Assembly: GCA_012026655.1 (NCBI GenBank)
Contig: JAAILG010000144.1
Location: 1-64,000 of the forward strand
Direction: 5' to 3'
DNA: 64,000 nucleotides
Source: Hydrolagus affinis
Taxonomy: Eukaryota
Shown: positions 1 through 13,659 of the stretch, one piece after another
How the letters are laid out: every line of letters begins with the position of its first letter
Numbering within the stretch: position 1 is the first letter of the stretch
Notes under the pieces: generated by a model
What the model saw: only the letters and a program-made list of their open reading frames with translations
What the model was told of the DNA's origin: nothing
The model's database searches: none
Made by a program: the position numbers and the translations under genes

Positions 1-930
1 TGTATATGTGGGAGGGGGTGGGTGGTGGGGGGGAAGGCAAAGCTTGTGTTGAAATTGCTGAATAACCAACTGAAAGACAGACAGAAACACAACGAGGTCA
101 GTGAAATATTCGACTTGGAACTTGCACACGGCGATTTATGAAAACCAAACAAAGAAAATAATATATATATATATATATAAACTGTATAGTCTGCGGTGCC
201 AAAATTCAACCTAAAATGGAACTGCAGATCTCGTTGAACTGAGCGAAGAAAGAAGGGAAGGGGGATGGGGGTGGGGAGGGTGGGAGAGAGAAGGAAACCC
301 AATCAATTTTTTTCCAGCATTTGCTGTTTTTGAACGAACTGAATGGATTGCATTGCACTTTTGAGAGCACAGACACCCCCCCCCCAACCCCTACCTAGTC
401 GATGAAATGGAAACGTACCCAGGTGTACACGAAATGTAGTCAAAGGTGCCTGTTGAGTGTTTTTCCCTCTAGGAAGGCAAGCTATTTTAAGAGTGAACAC
501 GAGCACAGGAAAGAAAAGAAAAGAAAAAAACCCTGAAAGGCGATATTGTGAAAGTGTACGGCGACTTAAAACAATCTTCCTCAAACTGTCCCATAGGATG
601 GAGCGCCGCTCGACAGATGAACTTGAAAAAGGTATGAAAGACTGTGATTGTTGGTGGTTCAGATAGAGCCGCGCCAGAGTCAGTGCAATTGCGTCCTCTC
701 GGCGTCTCAAAGCGCTTCACAGAATATGCTGTAAGGTGAATTGACTGTGTGTTGTGTGGGCGAAACGCGGCAGCCGATTGCGCACAGCAGCGTCCCACAT
801 CGAAACGGCCAATTAATTTAAGTTTTTTTTTTCCAAATGACTCGGGCGCTACGCATAACTACGCCCCCTTTGAAGCCCCAGAACGAGGTTTACCACAAGG
901 CTGTCTATCCATCTACCTATCCTTCAGATG
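1..930. promoter_or_regulatory. CpG-enriched, G-rich segment (likely CpG-island edge or promoter-proximal sequence)
   Basis: Visibly more CpG dinucleotides than the following 30 kb. G-run clusters at 9-33 and 255-284. The embedded SINE fragment keeps its CpGs. Confidence 0.45.
694..815 (-). mobile_element. tRNA-derived Deu-type SINE, 3' fragment
   Basis: Reverse complement of the SINE core and tail seen in full-length copies (gtctcaaagcgcttcacagaatat...gcgcacagcagcgtcccaca). Confidence 0.85.
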
Positions 931-2233
931 AATTCACATCATAGTTTTTTTTTAAAAAAACACCATTTCCATTCACATTCGACCTAATTTGGAAACTGGT
1001 ACATTTTGGTCAAAACACTGGCCAATTCATTAAGGCAGATGCCTCATTTGAAAGTCAGGCATCCGATTGAGTTAATAAATTGCATATACATAGCCCATGT
1101 CAATGTTCATGGGTGGATCTATGTGCTTACCTATGTTTTTTAAATGTGCAATAATAACTTGGAATTCGATCAGATCTTTAAAGGGAGCCTTTACTTTGAC
1201 ACCATAAAATATTGCAATCACTTTATGCTAGAGTAAATCCTGTGACATGCTTGAAGACATGGTAAAGATATGCTAAAACACTATATCAAGATTACCATGA
1301 ATGTCAAGATTATTACAAATACAACTCTCAATTGATTTCCAGCTCCACAGATAACTGATGGGTCTTAACTCAAATTTAACTTTGCTCATATCTGGAGCAC
1401 TGCTGAAAATCCAATTTCCTTTGGTCACATGTGTTACTGCAGTTTTTAAAAAAAAAAGTACATTGAAAAATCATAAGCTATAGAAATGTGTAGTTGGAAA
1501 ACACACCAATTGAAGTTACCATTTAAATTTAAAAAATCCTATTCCAATTTCCCTTAAATCGAATGAAAGGAGTGGTGATTATGCCAAAAATGTGGCATGT
1601 GTTACACCTGCGTTAAAGTTTTGGGGAAATTATACAAACATTGCACTTTTATTTGCTACAAATGCCAAAAGTATTTGGCCAATATATATATATATATATA
1701 TATATTGAATTGTAGAGTCCAGTGACAAAGAAGCCAAATAAGTATTATTGTTGGTAATACTCCAACACAATTTTTTTGTACTGCACTTTGAAACCATCAA
1801 AATGAATACCACATAACAATTACTTTCTTTAATATGTGTCCTGTTAATTTTTTGTTCACAGAAACAAGATTAAAAAAATTACATGTATAAATGTAATTCA
1901 CTGCTGGAATAGAAGGTTGATAGTGATTCCTTGGACTTTACAAGACAGACTTTTGCCTCATCAGATGGAAAAGCAATTAACAAAGAAGATTTTTTTTTAC
2001 TGGATTTTAATCAACGTCTTAATTAATAAGAAAACACAAGGCTGGATGTCAAAAAAAAAAAGTGAGACAAAACACAGTGGAAATTCTACTGGGTACTGAC
2101 GCAAATGGATTCTATAGGGAACTAAGGTAAAGACTTCTGATACACTTCTGATTGTGCTTTAATCAGGTTATTTTTAGCAACTGCCACGTTTGAACTTGGA
2201 ATCACCAACTCCATAGTGTTTAGCTGCAAGGTT

Positions 2234-2390
2234 CAATCAATCAAATCAATCAAAACGTACATTTGTATAGCGCCTTTCATGTCGAGAGGGCGTCCCAAGG
2301 CGCTGTACAGTCAGGTAGGGACAAGAGCAGGTGGGGGGAGGGGTCGGGGCAGGATGAAGAAGAGTAGGATAAGATTATAGGGGAGAAATT
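2234..2390 (-). mobile_element. L2-type LINE 3' end fragment
   Basis: tacatttgtatagcgcctttcatgtcgagagggcgtcccaaggcgctg with a (CAAT)n tail; matches the other L2 tails in the window. Confidence 0.75.
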
Positions 2391-4109
2391 CCCTTGGGTC
2401 TAGATTTACTCTATTTTCTGAGCATGTCAGTGTGTGCAGACAAAGGCACATTATCAGATAGTCTCTGTTTTGAAGCCTTACTATGTTCTGTATATTCTTT
2501 TAAGCACTACAGTAAGCTATCCACAAAGATTAAGACTGAAATCAATACATTGATAAAGTCTACACACTGCAAAAAAGGCCAAGATCCAGATGGAATTTTT
2601 TCCCCTATGCACAATATGTCTGGGTTGCAATGTTTGTTTTATAAATGCAATATCTCTTTACTGTGATACTTTAAAGTTGTGCAATATGTGGATTGACAAT
2701 ACAGGTTCAATCGATACCTAAACATTATTTTAAATGTACCTTATCAGACAGTTTTATGTTGTACAGCATGTTGAATTCATAACTTGGAAAGAAGATGTTT
2801 TAATATGATTTATTATTGATCATATATACATATACAAGATAATTAATAATGTTGCTGAGTTAAATTAATTAAACATGATTGTTAAAACTTCAGATTTCCC
2901 TAATCTGAAGTGTTCAACAACAATTTTTATTAAGTTTGGCTAAATTTTAGATCAGTTGAAACTAATTTTCATAAATGCAGAAAAATAAACAGGAAAATCT
3001 GCTGTGGTTTAGTAGTAGATGCTTTTGGTTGTAATGTGATCTTGGCAATCAGACTACGCACGTCACTGAATTGAAAGAGGTACTGTATTTACATGGCAAA
3101 AAAAGTCAATGTGAAAACATGCTGTGGAAAATGTTTCATTATAGGCAAATTCCCTGCTGATGAATCAAAATTAACACTTCTTGTAGGATGTAATACTTTG
3201 TAAAGCAGAACTGATTCTTTTTGTGCCCTTTAAGTTGAACATGTTAGTACTGGAAAATTCACCACCGCTACTTTGAACCCCCAGAACAGCCACAGTCGCT
3301 CGGAGATCTGGCATTGCACTGTTTGAAACTGAGTAAAGCATCCCTTGATATGCGACAAGTTGTGTGTCTTAACTCCAGTGCCAGATGAACCACCCCATTT
3401 AGTGCTGGATGATGGATGAACAGTTTTAGGCTGTGTGCCAAAATACACTGAAAATTAGGCTGAGACTGCCCAGTTCATTTCATGTAGAAATCTATCTAAG
3501 CTTTTGAACCGAGAGACTGTGCCAGATTTGAAGCTAGGTCCCAAATGCTACAGAATAACTTTATTTGGGGTGTACATGTTTTGGGACAGGTGTCAAAACC
3601 TATATCGTTACCTTTCCCTCTATACGGTACTTGAATTTTGGTATTGTAATCAACAGAAACCCTAACACAGTAAAGGTTTTACTATCCATGCAGCTAATAT
3701 ATTGGTATAGATTGAACTTGGACTCAGGAGGATAAATATGGTCTTTGCATGCAAGTCAACACCAATCAAATCTGAACTCTTCTTCTGGTTTCTCATGACT
3801 ACTGATGTTTCACTTTCATATTCTTCAGCAGTTGAGTTTGTCTTAGATTACCTCCCTTTGCTTTTGATATGGATTTTTTTTTGACAGTGGAGGATCTTGG
3901 ATGGAGGAATATATTTTTCTGCTTGTTAGAATGTTGATGTTTCATTCCAGTGCTGATATTGAAGCAGATTCAGTTTGGAACATCTGTAAGCATTTTAACT
4001 TGCGGACTCAGCAAACTTAAATTGGGTTTCTTCGTTTCCACATTTTGATTAAATTAATCAAGGAGCTAAGAACTACATTTTGAAAAAGGAATTGTATTAT
4101 TGCCAAAAA

Positions 4110-4360
4110 TTGCCCCACATCAGGACTTGAGCTCATAGTCTAAGATGGCACTCTATTGCGATGTTGGGGGAATGCATAATTTTCGGAGATGCCCTTCTTT
4201 GGATCAAATGTTTATCTGAGGTAGCATCCACCCAAAAGGCTTCAATGCCACCGTTCAAAAATAGAAGAAAGTTTCTCCTGTCCTAGCTAATAATCTTCCA
4301 GATAAAATTGTTCATTCACACCCTGGCTGTTTGTGGGACATTGTTGCAGGCTGCCAGATT
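4110..4360 (+). mobile_element. Old degenerate DeuSINE (SacSINE1/AmnSINE1-like)
   Basis: ggacttgagctcatagtctaag... followed by the Deu-like gctgtttgtgggacattgttg motif; similar to the copies at 6132, 47820 and 50750. Confidence 0.55.
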
Positions 4361-5912
4361 AGTCTATGATTACCAGAGTCACTATACTTTACCTTAAGTT
4401 CTGTGAAGGGCTTTGAAACATTTGTGAAAACAAATGCAAGCATCAATAGTTTTAGAATGGTATGAATAGGATTCATTGCCGCAATAAAATGGAGTTCAAG
4501 TTTATAAAGATAACACTGAAGATATATCATTTCTAATCTAAGTTGGTAGCCAAATTTATGAAGTTTAAATTGTGTGTATTGAATCAGTTCTACTTTAAAG
4601 ATTCCCATTATATTCAAACCAAACTTTCTCCCCTCTGTTTTCTTTTTTTTGGGGGTAAATTGCTTTATTGTCTCCTTTGTTAGATCTAGAAGGCAGGAAG
4701 CAAAACGCATTCAGGGCCTTATCTTTTGTAAACTTTTAGTAGACGATGCATTAAAGCAGCCTCAGATAACTCGCCTTCTAAACTTCACATCTTCCTATGT
4801 ATTTAGCCATCACTATGTGATTCTCCCAATTGCTATGGCTGAAATCAGGAGCTCATTGCTTGTGTATACCAATCCTTGTCCCGCCTCTGAACAACAATTT
4901 ATCTAGCAACCCTCACGCAAAGGTACCATCCCAGAGCGCTTGACAGTAGCAGAGCATGGCATGTAGTGTTTTGCAGTTACATGTTATCTGTTTTTTGTGA
5001 TTGAACATTTTTATGATGTCAATGGTTGCAAGTCTGGGAAATTACAATAATAGTCTTTACATTTCTTTTAGCAAAAAAAGGTTACTTTTTCACAAAAATC
5101 TTCAAGATTACTCTGTTTAATAGAAAAAAGGCTGAATTGTAGGGTTTTTTTTAAAAAAATTAGTGTTTCATAACATACAAAGTAGGCAAGGCAGTTAGTT
5201 ACTGCACCCTGTCCATCTGTGCTGTTTTCTCCCACTTGTTGCCTTTCTGTCAAATTGCTTCCCTATGTCTTTCTACTATTTCTGTATTGTTTTATCTTTT
5301 CAAGTCTATCTTTGTGTGTGTGCCTATCTATTTCTTTGTGTTTCCCCCCCACTCTGGTTATAATCAATTAGCATTAACAAAGAGGACAGTTTTAAACAAA
5401 ACCCGGACTGCATAGAATAAATCATTACTCAGATGTTAAAAACTTGGCAGCCAAGCTCAAATTTCCTCCCTGTGCACAGACCAAAGTTCCAGTTAAAGGC
5501 ACCATTACAAAACACATGCCTATTTAGTGCTTAACTCACCTCTAGGGACCTTTTTTTCCCCAAATGCTGACTGTGGTACAAACGCTTAATAAAAGATTAA
5601 ACTCATCATGGTTCAAAACTAACCAGTTAAGGGATGAATTTTCTGTTGATTGTGTCCCAATTCCTTTGCTTCTTTGAAATGATTTTCCTTTAGAGCAATC
5701 TTTATTGCTTACTTTATCATGTTGCAAGGGTTAGTCAACTTACGCATATACATACACAGACCAAACACCATATAAATTATCTCCTTTCTAGGAAGCTTAA
5801 TTGAAATAGAAAGCCTTTGATTAGTTGTGCATACGTGTAGGGACAATAACCAGTTCTTTTTAATATAAAAGCATAATAATAATTCTTGATTTTTGTATAG
5901 CAGACGCCAGTA

Positions 5913-6131
5913 GACTCAGAGGGTAGTGAATTTATGGAATTCTCTATCCCAAAGTCCTTGAACATATTCAAGACTGAGATTGATAGATTTCATATGGATA
6001 AAGGGATTAAGGGATATGGTGATAAGGCAGGTAGGTGGAGCTAGAATAGATCAGCCATGATCTTATTGAATGGCAGTGCAGGCTTAAGGGGCCAATTGCC
6101 TACTCCTGCTCCTAATTCTTATGTTCTTATG
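5913..6131 (+). mobile_element. CR1-type LINE 3' end (shark HER1-like)
   Basis: cagagggtagtgaatttatggaattctcta (QRVVNLWNSL, the CR1 ORF2 C-terminal motif), then gatcagccatgatcttattgaatggc...cctactcctgctcct and a (TTCTTATG)2 tail. Confidence 0.9.
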
Positions 6132-6535
6132 TCCCAAAGCGCTTCATGGGATATACTATAAAGTGATGTGACTGTGTGTGTTATTTGTTGGTGAGTATGG
6201 TGGCAAATTTACACACAGCAATATCCTGCAAACAGCCACGTTTGGCTGTCCAATTTGATTTGAGGGGGATTGTTGGCTGGGAGGGAGAAACTCCCTTCTC
6301 TTTTATGAATAGTGCTGTGAGAGATCTTTAACGTCCACCTGAACAGGGCACAGGCCCAGAAGCAGAGTTCAGTTTAGCTTCTGATTCGAAGAACGGTGTT
6401 TCTAATAGAACTCTACACTCACAACACTGTATTGGTATGTCGGCATAGAGTAAATGGGTTCCGAGTCGCCATGTGAGATTTGAACCCACAAGATTTGGGC
6501 TCAAGTTCATGTGTTACCAGCCGAGCCAGTCTGAA
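6132..6535 (-). mobile_element. Old DeuSINE (SacSINE1-like), near full length
   Basis: Tail cccaaagcgcttca, Deu core acacagcaatatcctgcaaacagc and tRNA-like head with B-box (tttgaacccaca) on the reverse strand. Confidence 0.7.
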
Positions 6536-8359
6536 AATATAGAAACGAGGGTACACGTGAACAGATTGATGTTTGATTTCATTCAGGCAAGAATATTTGG
6601 GATTTTTTAAAAGTGCTTTTTCATTTAGCAAAGTATTTGCCATATGGAAATTAGATTACTTGCAGCCAATTGAGCATTGAACAGGAATGGACTCTGTTCA
6701 GAACATTGCAAAGAAAGTCAAATCCGATTTCTTTTTCTTTCTATTTTACAAACCTTTGGTTTTACAGAGAGATTATACCTGGATTATTGCAAAGTGAGAC
6801 CTGTATATTTGTTGAGAGAACATTCAAATGCTAATTACAATACATTTGATTTAACATCAGTTTGCTAACAGTTCTGTTACTTTAAAACAATATGGATTTG
6901 TTTTAAAGTAAGAATGAAAGATTGTGTTTGCATTGCTCCAGCAGATATTTTAATATGATTTTGTTGAGGCAGATCAATTATTTATAGTTCTAGATGGAAA
7001 CATAATATCAATGGTGTTTGGAAATCTACACACTTTTGTTGAGTTCTTCTTGAAAGAATGTTAAATTCAATCAAAGATCAAAACAATAATAGTAATTGGG
7101 TGATACATTGGAAGGCAATACAAGATTAAAATCACAGCAACCATAGCTTCAGAAGACTTTCTTTTTTAAAAAAAAGTTAGTTCTATCACATTAAAACTTT
7201 GAAAAGCTTATTGAAAGCAAAACCAATCTCTTTTGATCAAGGGGTTCCATGCACTGTTTGAAGAAATTAGATATGTTGCCTGGTTTTTTGGTATGTTCAT
7301 ACAGAAATGACAACAATAATAACATTACATTTATAGAGCGCCTTTCAAGTTGGGAGGATATGCCAATCTTATCAGACTAAAATTGGAAAGTAAAGTAATT
7401 TTTTTTAAAAAGCCTGCCATTTCTACTAACTAAATGAGAGAAGGTGAGGTACTTGATTTGCTGATCTTTGAAAACTCTGTAACCATTTCAACTCTTCAAA
7501 TGTTCATTTCAAGTTCTAAATTAATATGTATTTATACTTTCAAAACTTAGACAAACTAGATACACAAGTGTGGGGATTACCAAGCAATATGTTTTGCTTG
7601 TTTAACAGCTTTTTGAGCAGAAATCTTCAAATAATATTCATTGCGGGAATACTGCAGTGGTTCACTGGTACTGGGCAATGTTACTTGTACTGTACTCAGG
7701 GTGTATTCCACAGTACTGTGAGTTACTAATGCTGCCGTATCAACTCTATTTTTAGCAACTTTAGATTATTAACTTTCTTTGTTTACTGTTGCTTATTTAA
7801 GGGTCTGCACAACTTGCTTGTCGCAAGGCCCTTTAAATTTCTCTCCGTTCCTACTCAAATCCTTTGGTTGAGATATCCAAGTAATGTCTCCTCTTGCCTG
7901 TTCAGATGTGCATTCAATATCTCTTCATGCTTTGAAAAGAGAAATAAGTTTCTCCCAGTATCCTTGCCAACAATCCTTCAGATAAATTGATCAATTTGCC
8001 TTCGGATAGTTTGTGCTTCACTGCCATGTACAAATTAGCCGCCATCAGGACTATATATTTATTATTTATATTCACTAACCCACTCTAGTACCCACTAGGC
8101 TAATTCCTGTAATGATTTCATGCAGTAATTCCAAAAAGATTTTAAGATGCCATCTGCAGCTGAGTTGGGTAACTTGTAATAATGAATTGAGTTAATTTGA
8201 ACACTCTTTGTCAACTATATTCAGAGTTTCAATTAAATTGATTTGGTCTTACAAATGGCACACTCCTGAGAGAAAGTATAGAGCCATCCTTTGTTATTTC
8301 AGTTGCAAATTTATGGGCAGTAGGACATCTGAATTAACCCATAAAACACCACAGTAAGT

Positions 8360-8660
8360 AACAACAACAACTACCACAAAATTACATTTGTATGGCAGCT
8401 TTCACATCGGGAGGAAATCCCAAGGTGCTAGACAATCAATGTTGTGGATCCAAACTGGAGGCGAGTAGTGGAGGATGGAGGGCAGGTGGGGAAGGGGAGT
8501 GACCGAAGCATGGTTGAAGAGGAAGTTCTTGAGACAGGTTTTGAGATATGTTTCAAAGGAAGCGAGGGAGTCAGTGAGATGTCGGGACTGTGGGTTAGGG
8601 GCTGAGTGGGGCGGGCAAAGCGGTGGGTGGGGGGGGGAGTGGGGGGGAACCTGAAGCATG
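8360..8660 (-). mobile_element. L2-type LINE 3' fragment including the end of ORF2
   Basis: (CAA)n tail plus aaattacatttgtatggcagctttcacatcgggagg. Translated remnant LTDSLASFETYLKTCL resembles the L2 ORF2 C-terminus. Confidence 0.85.
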
Positions 8661-9199
8661 CCTTAGCCCACTGACTGGAGGGAGGAGCCTGTAATAGCTT
8701 GTGCATATCAACATTTTAACCACATAAAGCCTTGTTTAAAAAGCCTTTAATCTCACTATGCCTAAAGATATGTAAGAATTTTGGTGAGAGCACCAGAGCA
8801 GGTGCAAATTACAATTGAATAACAAGAATAAATTCATTCCATTTTAGTGAGAAAAAACTGTTGCTATTGAACAAGACCCAAATACGTAGGACATTTTAAT
8901 ATAAATTTCCTTCCTGTGTCACATCTCCAGCTAAGTGATGGGAATTGTGCTGCCAGATTGTCTGCAAAATGTGCTTTAATTACATATTCAGTTGAGGGTT
9001 CTTGTGCAATTTGTTTGCATTCTATATATCTCTGCACCAGAGTCAATCGTTTAAAGTTGGAATCCTTTTTATTGAGTTGCCCTTACCAGGATATTCACTT
9101 CACCACTTTGTAAGACACAGGTCAGTGGTAAATCAACAAAGTAAATGGGTTGGTGTTAATGCTGCCAGAACAGCAATTAATCCCCTTCATGAGTGGTAC

Positions 9200-9511
9200 C
9201 CAGAGGCATTTTTAACGTCGGTGCAATCGATGCAACGCACTGACGGGCCCCTCATATTGCTGGCCCCCAAAGTAATGCAAAAAACCATCGAAAAGGGAGG
9301 ATTTGAGTGTGCTGTGCTTTTGTCTTTTGTTAAATATAGCGAAAACCAGAGCTCTCCCCAGCCCGGTCTGCCTAAAGAGGCATCAGACCCACTGAAAGTT
9401 AATTTTTGCATAAAATAAAATTGCGCATGCGCACTTATTAAACTTACTGTCAGTGACCGGCCCCCTAAGAAAATTGCACCGAGTAGTTTGAAGTCTTAAA
9501 AACGCCTCTGG
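9200..9511. repeat. Palindromic, MITE-like element
   Basis: 9200-9215 pairs with 9496-9511 (15/16). 9218-9227 pairs with 9473-9482 (10/10). cactgac/gtcagtg pair further inside. Confidence 0.6.
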
Positions 9512-9784
9512 TGGTAGCGGTATAATTTGGTCAAATAGAATCCGTTTTGAATACCCTGATTCTGCTCAGTCATTGTACAGTGTCCAAAGCACCAGTGGCA
9601 ACATGGAAATAGTTGCATATGTTTTGAAGATTCAGCAGTTTTTCATGAAGTCTCAATAAATTCATGCATATCATCCCTATTCTCTAGATCACGACAATTA
9701 GAGAATATATCTTGATTCTGAATTGAAATGATCGAGTGCTAATAGTTAATAGATCTGTTTCTCACTGCTGGACTATGTCTGATA

Positions 9785-10065
9785 ACCCTCCAGTGCTTTG
9801 CTACGAGTAGCCATTCTTTACTTGTGCTATGAGTCTAGACTGAATGTTGACAAACTCGGCTGTACAGGAATCCCAGCTGAGCTTAATCTTCATCTTACTA
9901 AATCTCCATATCTGTGCACATTCCAGCAGGAGTTATTGGATAGCAGTCATGTGTTGGAATCATGACTGTTTTTTTCCTCCCAAGCCATGTGCCACTGAGG
10001 TCAGTTGCAATGACTACAATCCCTCGCTAACTAAGATCAACAAAATCAGCCCAAGCCAGGCATTG
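9785..10065 (-). mobile_element. Ancient SINE, AmnSINE2-like
   Basis: ttccagcaggagttattggatagc and ccactgaggtcagttgca motifs are shared with 31620-31925 and resemble the recalled AmnSINE2 consensus. Confidence 0.55.
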
Positions 10066-11273
10066 CATTTTTTTTTACGCAAAAATTGGAAACCCGAGTG
10101 AAGAGTCAAAGACCACAGAGTAATTCACTAGGAAAGTTCAAAAGACTTGGAGGAGAAAATACAGTTAATCAGGAAAACAAATCACACCATGGGTTTTAGA
10201 ATTCTAAGTATGGGTTTTAGAAGTCTGCGGATAAAAGAAGAAAGAAGTCTTGAGAGAGGAGACAGAGTTTGCCAATCTTAAAAAATTCTAGGAAAATTGA
10301 GATAGAGAAAATGTTGAGTTTTGATTAACCCTGCTTAACTTTGTCAAGCTGCCTCTCCTGAAGTCACCAAGGATGCCAATTACTGTAATATAGTAATATG
10401 AAAAGTCTAAACTGAGCTGGCTAACTTTCCTAGATCTGACTGAAGCTTGGACTTCTATGTACAAAAAATAGCCCTTCCAACTTTTTTCTTTCTTTGAACA
10501 TTTTCAGGTGAAATGTTTTTTATTAGAATTTTTTAAGCACTCTGAAATGCTACTCTGCGCTATATAAGTGCAAGTTGTTTTTGATGTTGAAATGAATGGG
10601 AACCATAATCTCTATTTATTTTCTGTATTTTGTCAGGTTATTCCTGAAACAATTTACGCAAGCCAAAAGATAATATTACAGTATCAACATGGAAAAGGAA
10701 AGTACATTCTGTGTATTCTTATTTTGACCCTGAAAAGGAACTAAGAAGCTCATTCAGAGATGCTTGTCAATCTGTCATCCACTCCATTAAAAATAAGGCA
10801 TTACTTGTAAATTTGATCCAAATCAGCTGCAATTTAAATGTAAAAAGAAGTTTCATTTATAACAAGAATGTGAAATGCACAACCATGCAATTTCAGCAAA
10901 GGCCAGGTAATACTGGACCCACTTAATTTTGATTAGTGTGAAGACTTTAGAATCACATTACAAGGATGCACATGTTGCCTTTAAACTATTTATGACTAGT
11001 GCAATTCCATTTAATCTCTTAACAAAATATTAAACATTTATTTAGATTGTAAGTGGGATTAGAAGTTACATTAATTAGAGACTTCTACCAAAACCCTTGA
11101 ACAGTATGGTGTCAATTATTTAAACTTGAACTGTTTTCAGTTGGTTTGAAAATATGATGATGACACTTAAAACTCATAGTATGCTATTTTTAACTTTTCA
11201 ATGGTAGATTACTAACTTGCGGAATGGCAGAATATAGTTCCAGACAAACTAGCTGTCTTTTTAATAATATCTT

Positions 11274-11389
11274 CAGCCACATATATACAATCAATTCACT
11301 TTACAGTATATTCTGTGAAGCGTTTTGTGACATCTAGAAGATGCGAAAATTGCTATATCAAATGCAAGGATTATTATTATTATTATTAT
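11274..11389 (+). mobile_element. tRNA-derived Deu-type SINE, 3' fragment
   Basis: caattcactttacagtatattctgtgaagcg...ctatatcaaatgcaagg(att)n. Confidence 0.9.
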
Positions 11390-12045
11390 CTTTGACAATG
11401 CCATAAACTCTAAAGTTTAGGATAATTTTTTTTCAAAGAAGCCACATGACACAATTCTTTCCCCATCTCTAGTCTTCATTACCTCTTCTTTTGACTTTTT
11501 CTTTCATATCTATTTGACTAATGCTACTATTACTATGTTTCTCCAAACTTACACTTTTCTGTTTGTTCCTCCCACTTCAAATACATTGCCCCACATTGTC
11601 TCCCACTTTTGTAGGACCTCAAGATTAGGCAACTTGCTCAATGCTGTCTCGGTTTTCCCTCGCTTAGGCCTATAAATCTAAATGTTAGTATCACCTAAGG
11701 ACGGACCTTATTTTATCTCTTTACAAAATCGATGACAATTGTGTTTTTCACTTCATTCTATCAAGGATTGATTGTATTGAAATCCATGTTATATCTACAG
11801 GAGCCACCATCCATTTAATTGAGATGGGTCCCCTGAATACTGTCAATCTCCTATATGTATCAATAACTCAAACTGTAATGAATACATTTGAAAAAATATC
11901 TTATCTTATAAATTATTAACAACAGGAAAGGCAGAATAATTCACTGAAACTTCACAAATCATTACCACCTAGCCAGAGCTTTTACTAATGTCATACTGAG
12001 TTAGATTTCAATACGGTTAATTGCTTTGAATTCCTCAAGGCTTCA

Positions 12046-12167
12046 TATATAATATACATACAGTATATAATATATACATACAGTATATAATATATACACA
12101 GTATATAATATATATACAATATATAATATATACATACATACAGTATAATATATACATACAATATATA
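12046..12167. repeat. Minisatellite, ~18-20-bp unit (tatataatatatacatacag)
   Basis: About six directly visible tandem copies. Confidence 0.95.
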
Positions 12168-13659
12168 GGTTTATTCCCATCCGCCAATTTAGTTTCCTCC
12201 TTAAAGCATTGCAGCAGATTTGTGAGGACAGTCACAACCATTTGCTTTTAATTCCATGCTGACTTTAAATGATCATTGATTCAACATGCAGAATACCTTT
12301 TAGAAGGACAGTGATTTTAATTAATCCAATGATATTTCCTTTGTATTTAAATGTAATGATTGCGGATGGGAGCCTAATAGTGGAAAATCATTAATCATTT
12401 TTGCTTAAAGTCATAGTTTTCACTGGCAAAAGAAAACCATTATTGCAGCTATGTGGTATTTATTCATTGGGAAAATAATTTCAATTGTTCAAATGATTGT
12501 TATTAAGAAATTCAGGGTTCACGTTATATTTATTAGTTCTCACCAATGACTGACTGTTGAAGAATGGGAACAGTGTGAGGCTCCAGATGATTTTTGATGC
12601 TAGGAATTGGAGGAATTGGCTTTATGTATTCTTACAATTTCTCAGGTATACTGTAATATTTATATTTGCGCAAAATATTATCATCTGTAAGCAAAATCAT
12701 TGTCGGGTTCAATGTTTAACTTCCACTTAAGTTAAAGTGAAGTGATAGTTTAAAAGTTTAATTTAGTCAAACTTAATTTAAAGCTAAGTGTATACAAACA
12801 GACCTGTGCTGAAGGATGCATCTAATGTTATCTCACTCATAAGACAAATTAGTCTGCATTAAAGTGTTGTGCATCTTTGGAGCTATAAATGTCAATTTTG
12901 TTCACTTAGGGTACAGTATTCAGAAATGTATTAGAGTAACTACTTGTATTTATATAGCACTCATCATACAGGATAGCAGCTTGAAGCACTGAATGTATTA
13001 CATTTTAGTTTGATATTCAAACTCTTTAAATGGACGTCAAATAGTTTTATTCTGTTTCCAGACCATGAACTGTAATATAATATACAAACAAAGACAGTTT
13101 TTCCTAAAGCTGTTAATATTTTATTTGGAGCACACATTCTCTACGCTGCCTGAAAAGTAATGAAAAGATCAATCAACTCAGTGTTACAGTCTGCTTAAGG
13201 CAAGCAAATATCCAGAGAAATATTAATCTAATTTCAATCAATACGAGGTGTTACAATAAATAACTTTATGGATACACTATTTCATTTGTTAGATATGTTG
13301 CAGCAATAGAGATATTTTATCCAGAAACTGACGAAAAGTAAGAAACATCACTGCCATAACTTTAGTGTAGCTTGGGACTAAAAAGAAATTGGGTCTGAAA
13401 AGATATTTGGCAATTTTCAAGTAAAGTTTAGCAAGCTCCCAAATAACAAATGATTCTTGGTAGTTTCAACAGCTTTGCACTGGCAATGCCAGTCATAAAG
13501 TTGATTATATTTTACTTTTTTAAAATTTACTACAGGATTAATATTTTATTTGAAGCACACATATCCTATGAGCCAAGGAGACAGGCTGAGCAGTGTTGCT
13601 TATTTACCTAGCAGTAAGTAGGAACCCGGTTGTTTATCGATTAGTAGATTGCTTGGGTA

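Noticed and set aside
12046-12167. Regularly spaced repeats (CRISPR-like?)
   Set aside because: An AT-rich minisatellite without unique spacers, in eukaryotic DNA.
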